Assembly: GCA_030248215.1 (NCBI GenBank)
Contig: JASANG010000864.1
Span: 248,001-312,000, forward strand
DNA length: 64,000 nucleotides
Reading direction: 5' to 3'
Source: Enoplolaimus lenunculus
Taxonomy: Eukaryota
Shown: piece by piece, positions 37,301 to 49,300 of the stretch
Layout: each line of letters begins with the position of its first letter
How positions within the stretch are numbered: the first letter of the stretch is position 1
Notes under the pieces: model-generated
Databases searched by the model: none
The model's input: only the letters and a program-made list of their open reading frames with translations
Told to the model about the DNA's origin: nothing
Translations under genes and position numbers: made by a program

Positions 37301-40300
37301 GGCTATTGGACTGATTTTATGATCAGTTCACAACATCTTTTGATAGCCAGCCGCAGATTTGTACGAGTGTTAGGGTCAACGACTGTGCAGTTTTAAATTG
37401 GCACACGTGTTAAACCACGTGGTCCTTGCTCGACTAATTTTGTCGCTGTTGATTATGTGGAACTGTGAAATAGCGGCGAATTTATTATGGAACGTTTTGT
37501 TTCAGGTTGAAGCGCGGTCAGTTGACGGCGTTCGAAAACTGAATCGGGGTTTGGAAAACAAAATTATTGCATTGCAGCAAAAATGCGACGCACTGGTAAT
37601 TGAAAGATTTTGTTTAAAACTGTTAGATTTTTTGCTTAGTTTTGAACAACATAACGAACACAGTTTGTGTTGATAAATTTAGCTGCCTGAAACATTGGAC
37701 TATTTCTGCATGCTTGTGTAGTTTGCAGTATTCTATTTTAGGCGAAAGAACGGTCTGAATACAAAACACAGGCTACTGAACTCGGATTTCAACTTGAACA
37801 GTCGAGAAGTGAATGCCGAACCATGGAGTCATCGTTGGTGCTGATGCAAACAAGCAAACATCAGCTGGAAGCTGAAATGCAGGAAGTGAGTTCAGAAATT
37901 TTAAAAGATTTTTGAGTGAAAAATAAGTTTTATTGCTGAAAATGCTAATGCGAGATTCATAATTTCGACTTAAAGATATCATGTTTTAAACTTATATTTT
38001 AAGTAATACGGAGAATCAGACCAAATCATATACTTCTATCTTTCGTTCCAGTGGGTATATGTTTATAGTAATTTTTTAAATATTCTGTTTTAAATTTTTC
38101 AAATATTCAGCTTAAGCTTCAAATATTCAGCTTAAGCTCAAGACTTTATTTATAATCTGCTATTTAAAGCTTTGCTTTCATTGTATTAGATGAAAACAAC
38201 AATCGAAATGCTTTTGATTGAAAAGAATAATTTATTGGAGAAAAATTCGAAAATCAAGAAAGTGAGTTTTGGGACAATGCTTTAAGCACATAGTGTGACA
38301 GACGCGATGTAAATTTTAGTTTTCCTTCTTACATTTATTGTATGTTTCGTAGTTATTATAAATGGTGGGCACTGGACAAAACAGATGATCCGAATATCCG
38401 GTTTCCATTACTCAGTTTTAAAATGATTGAATATATTTTCTTATTGACCTTTATTTAATTGGAATTCGCAATAACGGATCCGTATTGTGGTGTTTTGCAT
38501 GTCGGTAACGCGCCCTTTACTCCAATCAATATGACGACCTTCTATAGCTCGATAAGCGTTTGACAGCAATACATTCCAAACGCACATTTAGTTTTCAAAT
38601 TACAACAGAATTAATATTGGATTCTCAAATTCGTGACTCGGAGCAGCAATCAATCAGCTTATTTGTTCCGGTTGTAATATAAAAATACTAAAAATTACTG
38701 TAGATCTCGACGGCATCGGATCTTTCGAAACCCGTTGAAAGTCATATCTAATCTACTATTTAGATCCAGGTACTTGAAAGTATTTCATACAGATATACGG
38801 TACTGTTATTCTTTTTATATATCATTCATAGATGGAAGCAGAGCTGGAGTCATTGCGTTCTGCAAATGAAAGTTCACAACAAATAGACGAAACTGTTGCA
38901 GCATACAAAGTTGAAATTGAAAGGCGTAAGTTTTTGTGGGTTAAAATCCCTGTTTTGGGTTTAAAGTTGTGAACACGAGAATTTTATTAGCTTCAACCGC
39001 GGTGGTAGGAACTGGAATATGTAGACCAATGAACTTTATGCCCTTGCTTGCTATTGCATCTATGACTGGTATGGACAACATACAGGGTGTAAACGGAATT
39101 TCGAATTCGGTTACAATTGTGTTTCAAAACTAATATCGAGGTAAGAATTTCTCTCATTTTGTTTGTTTGGTGCCGATTCTCATTCTGAGTTCGATGTATT
39201 TTAGTTCCGTTTGGCACCCTGCCAACATATATGCATGTTGGTGATAAAATCAGCTATAGCCGTGTAATGTTTTTATTCATACGTATGTACGTTAAGTTGG
39301 GCTGTTTGAATAGCTAATATTAATAACTGGAAATAGATGCTGCAAGCAGTCATTTGCCGGCGTGGAATAATTACGTTTAGCAGCATAACGGGTATCGTAG
39401 TGGTATTTGTTTTGTTGTTTTAGTCAATGAAGAAAAGACCAATCTTGAGCTGGAACTTGAATCAAATCAAGCCAATTATCGCTATTTGTATGATGTACGT
39501 AGGCTTTATTAGTTTGGATGAAGAGCATGGTGTTGTTGTTAATTTGATTGGCGTGTTGTGCTATTATGCCATTAAATTGGTGTAAGTGTTCTTTTAAGCA
39601 AACTTTGGTCAGTGTTTGAGACCATCTGGTTTTTGTTATAAGAGAAGGGTTCGGTTGGATAAATATTTTTAGCAATGATCTTCTATTTCAAATCTACTTA
39701 ATATGTTTGAATTTTATTTTCAGGATTATCGCACAATTAATCAAGACAGTGATTCGGGTGTTGTAGAAATGAGCAAGGTATGAAATTAGGAAGGCTATAT
39801 GCAAGGTTGTTTTAGGTGCAATCTTTCCGAAACAATATTATTGTTTGATAACTATTGGCATTAGAGCTAATCTTCCAAAATTGGCAGTGTCTTATACAAA
39901 TACAATGTTGTAGAAATATCTTAAAAAAATTTGCGAAACGCTAATATGTATAGAAACGTAGCTTTTTAGTACGTTATGGTTTACAGAGTATTGCATCTGA
40001 TAGCCCGTCCAGTATACGAGAGTCGAGTTTGAGTCAAATGATTGCGTTAAGGCGTCGCATATTGGCGCTTGAACGTGAGAGAGATCGGCTTTCAGTTCGA
40101 TTGGAACGATCCATGACTGAAAAAGAACTGCTGATGCTCAGAGAACCAGAGGACATCTTCCATGCCAAGCGCCAGGTATAGCTAGCTACAATGATGGTTA
40201 CAGGAAAAGGTTAGGTCGTTCCGCAACCCCCGCACGTCGAAAAGTTTTTTGTACAGCTGAATTTAAAAGCGAAAGTGAAAAAACTTAAAAATTCATACCC

Positions 40301-43300
40301 TAGTTGGAAAAAGGTAATTGCTCGCCTAAAAGGAATCCGGATAATCAGATGTTATTTCGAAACCGCAGTGATGTTGCCAGAATCTTGTTTAAAATTTTTT
40401 GAAAACACTAAAAAATTTTATATAAGTGCGTGAAATTTCTTCCTGTGTATTAGTGGCTGACATGAAAAACACCTTGCATTTTTAGAAGACTCGTGCGGTG
40501 TGTTAATCATTCTACATACATCTAGGCTGCACAGAATGTTTTTGAGGCACACTATGAAGTTAATAATAATTTTCAGTCATAAGAGTAAAAACAATAAACT
40601 TTCTCTTGTTTCAGTCTGAAGAGCTTTCTATTGAGAATGTTAAGCTCAAGAAAGTTTTACGCAAGTTGGTCAGTCAGGCAACTGTGGATGCGGATAATTC
40701 AAAAGGTTTGTGTGCTATTTTTAAGTTTTTGTTTTTTGATCGAAAATAGTCAAAGGCTTATGTTTTAATTTTGAAAATGTTTTAGCTTGACAATATTTTG
40801 GGTTTCTACAGGTTGGTAGGATCACTAACTACCCATGCTATACACTAATGGCTGGGTCTCTGGGCAACGAGCATGGTAATGATAGTTAAATTACAAACTG
40901 TTATTAACGAACTATTCTTCTAACTCGTGATTTGAGTTGACGTTTTGAATGTTCAGAAGTTCTATTGAAACTGCAAGATGAACTTGAACGCAAACGCGAC
41001 GAAAGTGTACATTTGCATGCGCTATTAGCTCGGGTTACTGAGCAGCGCGGAATTCGAATGGACGGAGAGTTGAAAAATAACCTTAATACACTCCAATTGG
41101 CATACGCACGTCAGAATCAAACTATATTGTAAGTACATTCACGATCAAAGTATAAATTATAAGTATGTAGACAGAGTAAGTAGTGTGTTTCTGATCGGAT
41201 ACGCTTGTTACATGGATATTTGTATTTTGCTTACGTATTAGCCAGTATATTCGAATTTCTTTATAGCAAAAATCCAGTTTCTGTAGATTCTGTTTGTTAA
41301 GGTACATTAACTGTTTCGTTATATAGCAGTGTAAATATCAATCAGCAGGGTGCAACCGGAATTCCGGTTCTGGTTCCGGCATTTTTTCACCTTCCGGTTC
41401 CGATAAATTTTTACCGGATTTAAAAATTCCGGTGTTATAATTTGGCCGTTTTTTTAGCTTTGCTAATTTTTAAGATTTTTTTTTGAAAGCCACTTGTACT
41501 TCTATTGTTTTTGAATTGCTTGTTCATGCAGTGATTGTTGTGGACAAAAGCATTTTACTGGAAATGTATATATAAATCTTGACAATCATCGAATAAAGGC
41601 CATTGATGGTGGATTTCACTTCAGTTGATGATTAAAATCTAAAATACAACAAATAAAATAAATGCCTATGTTCGACTAAGGTTATTTCACAAATAACAGA
41701 GCAAAAAATATGATTAAAATTAAATTTTTGGTTAAATGCATTTTTCACTTTCCGGTTCCGGTAAAATTTTCAAATTCCGGCTTCGGTTCCGGTAAATTGT
41801 AATTCCGGTTGCACCCTGTCAATTAGTTGATGCCGCGTTTGGTTTTAATCATTGGGAAATATAGGAAATTCTACTGGATTATTTACTAATAGGTAGCGGA
41901 AAGAAATTTGTTTCCGTTGTTGATAGATTGTCTATCATTGAAACAATATAATTTCATTGTGTTCTATTTTAGCACTTTGTTGCAACAAATTGAAGATCGT
42001 GATATGAAAGTAATTGATCTCGAGCATACACTGTCTGGGAAAACTTCAGCGAAAAAGAATGAGTTCCAGGTGTGTTTAATGCTGTTATGATTTGCTTAGT
42101 TTAGTAGCTAAAATCAAGAGTTTATTAGGTAAGTGTGTGACACTTACGCGATTGAGCAGCTAATTTTGTGTAGCGTCATGGACTTTTTTGACGGGTTTCA
42201 AGGCATATTTCAATACTAAATCGAGTATACACATTGCAACAGTCTTTTGCACAAAACAGCAAAAGCTGCAACAATACCCCCTCTTAGATTAGGGAGGGGG
42301 TTTGCCATATGGGGTCCGCGTGATTTTGCAAACTGCAACACGTGAGAATAGAAATTGTCGCACTCATATGCTTAGTAAAATGAGTTGAATATGACGTGTT
42401 GTTTCCTTCTGTTAGAGTTGGTCTAGTTCGATGTACGCAAAGTAGTTGTGGAGGATTCATAAATGAAACCACGCTGCAGTCGGATATTAGGGGCGCTACA
42501 GCAGTTTCTATATGTGAAGTGAAGTGTGCAGTGGCGTGTTTGGTAGGTTATCGAGGAGTACTTTAACATGTCATATTAACAAATTAGCGACTTTTTGATG
42601 ACAGCGTGTGTCCAGATCTAGTTGAAAGCTTTGTTGCGTTACAGGTTTCTGGTAGTCAAGCACCTGATTGGGAAACCATGGATCCGTCAATGAAGAGTGA
42701 AGTAGAACGAATTCTACTAGAGAACGTGGTAGGCAGACTCCGAGTGCAGATTTTGTTTTATTGAATGTTTTTATTTTGAATTATGCTCGCAGTAGTGAAG
42801 GTTACAGTGATTGGCGTCATAGGCCCATGTGTGAACTGATGAGGCAAAGCTGATTTCCATATTATAGGATCTTCGAAGTAAACTTGACCGCCGTGCTCGC
42901 CAGGTAAAGAAACTACGGCAGCACGTAAGCGTAGATCGCATCAAATCGATGGCGCCGTATGATTGCAATGGTACGTTTAACTTTGTGAATTACGTATTGT
43001 TGGTATTGCAGACTAAGACAGTGATAGCGAGACGTTCTGCCTGCAGTAGCGTCAAATTTAATCCGGCAACCTCGTTATGGAGCATATTTCATGTTTTTAT
43101 GTGCAACAAAGTAAGCGTACGCATACTATATTTGGACGAAATAAACTCGAGCTTTCAAATTTGTTGTTACCTTTACCTTTGTGTACCGTTATTTGGTTTC
43201 ACTTATATAAAATATGGTTAATATGAGGAAACGGGGAGTATCGTCACTCTTCTCTGCATAAGTTGCTAACCCTGCTTCATCAAACATGTGAATTGAAACA

Positions 43301-46300
43301 AAAAGTATTAAACGATTTATTATTTGAGCAGAGCTTCTTGAACACGCTCCTGTCACTCCGTCAAAACCGGAATTTATTCAATCGTTGCTGACGCAGAAAA
43401 ATGTTGAATATTTGGGGCTGATGGAATGTGATAAACCGAACGTTCCGCGGCTAATGGATATACTAGTTCGAGGTAAGGGAGCTATAATTATTGATTTTTA
43501 TTGTCTGGATATACTTGCCTTCGCTGCACTAGGGCGGTGCCGCAAGTAAACTTATTTACAAATTGGTTTGCGGTTCCGCGTTGCAATTAGCTTATGAGAC
43601 CGCGTGGTACCAGACGGTGGTGATTGGTTTTAAAATGTTAATAAGTATTGCGTCATCTTTAGTACATAAACTCCGGTTGCCGTTCACTTAGATAGATAAG
43701 TTGATTGCGCAACGGAAGGTATATTATTATAAATGGGAAAAATTGTAATCTTAAATATAGGGATGTGCCGATTAATCGGCATCGGTGATAATCGGCACTT
43801 TTCGTGAGTATCGGCACCGGCACTGCAAAAAATTGCCGATTCTTTGCCGATATTTTTGCACATAACAATCAGTGGAATAACAGTGAAAGTATTTAGGCGC
43901 AAATTAATTTTGTTAGATGCATTAATTAGTTATTTTCTATTGTTTGGTTTAGATCTGAAACCGTCTGTTGCGCGCAGTTTCGATCCGTTATGTTTACCTG
44001 CGTATATCTTTTTCATGGTGATGCGGTACTGTGATCATGTACATGACGAACAACGTTTGCTTGATATTTACTATAAAGGTCTTATGGCACTACAGAGTTC
44101 GGCAAAGGTACACATGGTAGTCTCGATTATGTTCAGTTTTTACTGAACACATCTTGTGACTTGGAATTTTTTGAATCGGTGTTAACTTTGAGTGCCTTGT
44201 GTTTTAATGTGATATGTGTTACTGCCAATTTTAGCTTAAGGGAGCGTTATTGACAAATCCGGCTCTTGTACATTTCCACCCACATTTAAAGTTAAGCCTT
44301 AGGCATAAGACTATGCCCAAGTTTATGCGCTTACGAAAAGGTTTAGGTAAAGAGTTAGGCGTAAGCGTGAATAGTGTTTTCCTAATCCTAAGCATGTCTT
44401 GCAAGCCTAAGCCAGTGGTTGGGGAAAATGTTAAGCTTGTCGTTTGGGGGAAGTGCACAAAAGCCACATATATCCCGCATCGCTCCCGAATGTTCGCGCT
44501 GGCAACATTCGCAAACGTTTTATTTTATAATGCCAGGTTAAACAAAAGTTGTTGGCCAGGCGCTGAACTTGGTGTACAGCTACTTGAAGGATAGTGACGG
44601 GAATACCATTGTGTATTCATCGATAATTTACGTCTTATTGTTAACCAAACAACGTACTTCAGTTGTTTACTGAAATCTGAAATGCCTTAAACAGTGAACC
44701 TTTGTTTTCTCATTTTTCATTCTGCTCTGTTTTAGAAACATGAAAACGACCTTGATGCATGCGCAATGTATATGGCAATTGCAATTAAATGGCTGCAGCT
44801 ACTGAGGCAGTATAGTTCTGAAAAAGTAAATACTGTATAGTGTATTCATGTGACAGAATTTTTTTTGTAACGAAAGGTGTGGGAACAAAATAATGTTGAA
44901 TTGGAAATGATCGTTCATACAAAGTTCGAGTACGTCAGGTACAAAAGTTTTAGTATATTTGTGATCTTGGGAGTGCCAAGTTTTTCTCGTTAATGTATAA
45001 CTTGTTTGTCACAATAACGTACATTTTTATATTTCAACATTGACATTCCAGAATTCACGGCTATGATGTGGGTAATGAACGGCAGTATATAACAATCAAG
45101 CAACCTACCAAAGCAATTATTAACATAGGTTTTGGGTCAGCCTTGATCCTCTGCGTTTACTTGTATGTCCTTATTGTGTTCTGGTTTGGTTGGTATTTAG
45201 GGAACAAAATCATTTAGAACGTACTGCGTGGATCCCTCATAATAATTGTTCGTCTTGTTTATTTTATCCAGGAATTTCGAAAACAGAACACAGCTAAGCA
45301 AAACGAACACCTTCTTGTCAATTTCTCAGTGTCAGATTTGATTGAAGATTTAACAACGTATATTAACACAGCGTATCGTACATTCCTTACAACGGTTGAT
45401 AGAAATATTCAACGTCTAATAGGTACGTATGGTTTAGAGACGCACTGCAAGAATAGAAATGGACGGAGAAAAAATGTTAGTAGGAGATGGGAGGGAATTT
45501 TAAGGCAGTTACTGACATGAAAATAACAAATGATTAGCTATTGTGTAGGGTGAGGGCGAAACCACTTTACTCGTTTTTGAATTATATAAAAATCATGCTA
45601 AAACATCACTTGTTAGTTGGGACGTTAAGCTACGAGCGAAATGACGATTATGTATTGGAATTGTGGCGTTTTGTATTTGTAGCTCAATTAGTGCGATATT
45701 TCAGTAGACGGTACATTAATATGAAATTATTTTTGACGTTCGCAGTGACGTTTTAATCGGGCCCTTAGCCAGGGGGGTTCGACCTCGGTTATAAGTCATG
45801 TGAAATGTTTAAATGCCCTTTCTGAAAATGTTTTAGCCCCGCTAGCATATTGAGCTAGCTACCTGCGAGACTTTAGTAATTTGCGTATACTCACGCTCAA
45901 CATCAACAGTGCTTTTCTTGAGAAACATTGCCTACAGATTCAACTGCCAGTGGCCGTAGAGCGTCTGTCACTTCTGAAAAATGTAGAAAAAATTTGTGGA
46001 AAATGTGAAAATTGCATAAAAATTGCAATAATTTCATTCTTATTTGAAAGGCATTATCAGATACGTATGGGACCTTTAACGAATCTTAACCGCACGCTCG
46101 ACGCATACTAATCGAAATGAAAATTTGTGAAATTTAGAGAAGAGAAACGTTATTTTATTGTTAAATTGTGTAGCAGAAGTCGTCGGTTTGTTTCATTTTT
46201 CGGGCATATGGCTCGCTCGCTAGTACTCAATTAATGTGTTTGATGGAGGAACGACAACGTTCGTTCACACGGCGGCTGCGCCCCGTTTACCACGTGCTCG

Positions 46301-49300
46301 CCTTTATTTTGATTAGTAAGGTGATTCCATCATCCGTACGGGGCCGTCCGTCAACGTGCGGTATCGTACGCCAAATAATTCATAACGAAACCGTGTAGCA
46401 ACGGACGGCATGGTACGGATGACGCGCGGTGACTGACGGCGCCGTACGGGTGACGGACGGTGACCGACGGCGCCGCACCACAAGTATAGCGCAACACTTA
46501 CTTCGCCGCCACTATGTTCAGAACAACAAACAAAACACAATAACATAGTATTTATTGTACAGTGTGCATTCTCTGTGTAAGAATGAACCTTGTGAAGCTT
46601 ATATTTTATGTGATACGCTGACTTTGTGTGTTAAGTTGTGGGAAGAATAACACTGGTGAAGGTTTTGTCCAAACAGCGATATATAAATCGAACGATACTG
46701 CTTTGATTAAACTTACCTGGCTGGGGGTTTGCTGTGATCATGAAGGCAGCGGCCCCAGGGCGAGGCCTGGCCATTGCACTGCGGTTAGGCTGAACCCTGT
46801 GTCATCCCCTAATCGGGGCTTGTCAACAGCTTAATTTCTTAGTCCGGGATAGCGTTCGCGCTTCCCTTTTCATCAGCTAAAAGTTTTAATGAAATATGCG
46901 ACTTTATTTTGAGACAAGCTCGTTTACATATGTAAACGCTAAACATGGCATAAAACTGGAGAGAACACGTTGGAACAAAATTATTTTTGAACTTTGTATC
47001 AACAAACATCATATTGACTATTTGTCTACCACACGCATACAAATCAGTTTAACACAGCCCAAAATACGTATATCGGGATTATTACATTTTGCTTGCCTTG
47101 TACCCTAATACTCATTAGTTTAAAGTTCGTCGAAGATATTCAACTTTAACTTTCCAAACAGGAAATATTAGCAGCGAACATATTTGACACCCTTTGAAAA
47201 AGTGTAGTATTTACTACCAGAACCGGCAGCGTTTGAACAAGAAGCATATTTCAGAGGAAGTAGAAACCGGAACAGAAAATTTTTATATTTTCGTTGGAGC
47301 AGGAACCAAAACAGGAATTGTATTAAATATATTGCAGCACCAAATTACTGCTAACTGACTATAATGGAAAACAAACTGTTCCGGATTTCTTTACAAGAAT
47401 CTGAATGCCGGTTTCACCTTGTCTGAATCAATGTTTCGTCCCCTAAACAGGCTTGTCAACAGCTTAATTTCTAGCTTCTTAGAAAATTATTTTGTTTTGA
47501 AATTTCCATTTAGTTCCTGCTATCCTGGAGCATGAAGAAATCCGTGGGCCCGGTACAAAACCTGCTCCTGCGCGCCGTTTCAGTTTGTTTTCAACGGCAG
47601 TTGAACCTCAGCAGCCTGTTCATGCGTTGGCGTCACTATTAGAACATGTATGTTGTTGAAATTTTTCATGATGAAGTTATATGCAACTTCTTTTAAGTGT
47701 AGATATTACTTATAATCCATCCGCGCTGTGCTGGATATGAATGTTGGTGTATATTTAACCAGGAATAAGGTTTAGACGCTAGTGTTAAATTTAGTTTATT
47801 TGGTACAGCGTATAATATTGTTGTTTTTGTTAAAAGATGTCTAAATGAAGGATTTCGGAATTGAAAGTTACAACGTCTACGTTATTTTTATAAATAGTCC
47901 GTAGCATTTTTAGTTTGTAACATCTGTACGAATACTACGAACAGATTGAAAAATTTGTTAACACTATCTATATTAATAGTGGTTTAAAATAGCCCTACCA
48001 AGGTCAATTGAATATCAAAAATACCTGAGCCGGAGCCCCGTATGTTATAATTGTGGTTTTTTCAGTTGTCTTAGTATTAACTGGTCTTCGTGAATATTTA
48101 TTTGTATCATTTCATTCAAACAAAATTCACTGTGAAACGTTGCTTTTTTGGCCTTAGAAATAGTCGAATTATGGTTTACTTTTTAACAAGAAATATACAG
48201 CAATGTAGAGTACCGGAGCCGGATGTCGATTGTTTGCCGGAGCCTGAGTTGAATATCCGGTTCTGCTCTGAGCCGTACTAAAAGTGATGATGATGATGAT
48301 AATAATATGTGTGTCATCAAAATGAGGATTAAGCTTTCGACGATTGGATTTTCACTATAGCTCACTCATTTGCATCACGTAGTCACAACGAACGGAATGG
48401 ACTGGCCAATCACGGAACAGATATTTGGTCAAGTACTGGACTGGATTTCAATACATCCAATCAATAACATTGTCGTTCGGAAGGATTTTTGCAACTGGTC
48501 AAAAGGAATGGAAATCAAGTATGCTTGAGATTGAAGGAGCATATCTGTTCGCTAAGTTTCTGAAATTACTTAAATTTTTTATTTCCAAGACAGTAATTAT
48601 TAGTTTTGAAACGGGCGAGTCTGATGTGTATAGATGTGTTTTGTGAAAATGTTGCAAGCAAATACGTTTTTTTCAGAAGACACTGTAGTGGGGAACTGTG
48701 GCGGCAGTTATAAATACCATTCGATGGAGTAGTAACTAATGGCACTGGTTGGATTAAAATTGTTAACCCGGAGTGTAACAAGCATTTTGAACATAGGTGA
48801 CTACGTTCTATAGAAATTTCGAACTTAAGAGTTTCTTGTGTCACCGATTGTAATGGTTCCCTATGGGCGTAAATTTCAAAGGGGATGAGTTGTTGAACCC
48901 AGCTGTCCCCCAGCGACAAACACCCATGTATGAATCATGTTCAGATTCAACGTAAACGCTGTAGAAGAATGGTGTCGTGAGCACAATTTCGGCAAACCGG
49001 TACTGGAGCACATTCAACCGTTACGCGAAGTGTCAAATTTACTCATTGTCAACAAAATCAAAGACTCTGAAGTAACAATACAGGGTATTTGTGAAACGGC
49101 GTCGCATTTGAAAACTAGTCAGGTGAGATGACAACATGTCATTGGTGTTGTGTGGTACAATAATTAGTGTTTAGACAATTTTATGCAAATATTGTACTGA
49201 TATTTTGTTTTAATCCTCTAATCTAATTGCCATATTATAGTGTTAGCGATGGCATTTATCGGAACGGGACTAATATAGAATATTTTGTACGCTTAAGTGT

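Noticed and set aside
44231..44594. ORFs rich in LSLRLRL/KPKP (also 13606-13869, 57456-57818, 59118-59384)
   Set aside because: They are translations of the TTAGGC arrays in MITEs.
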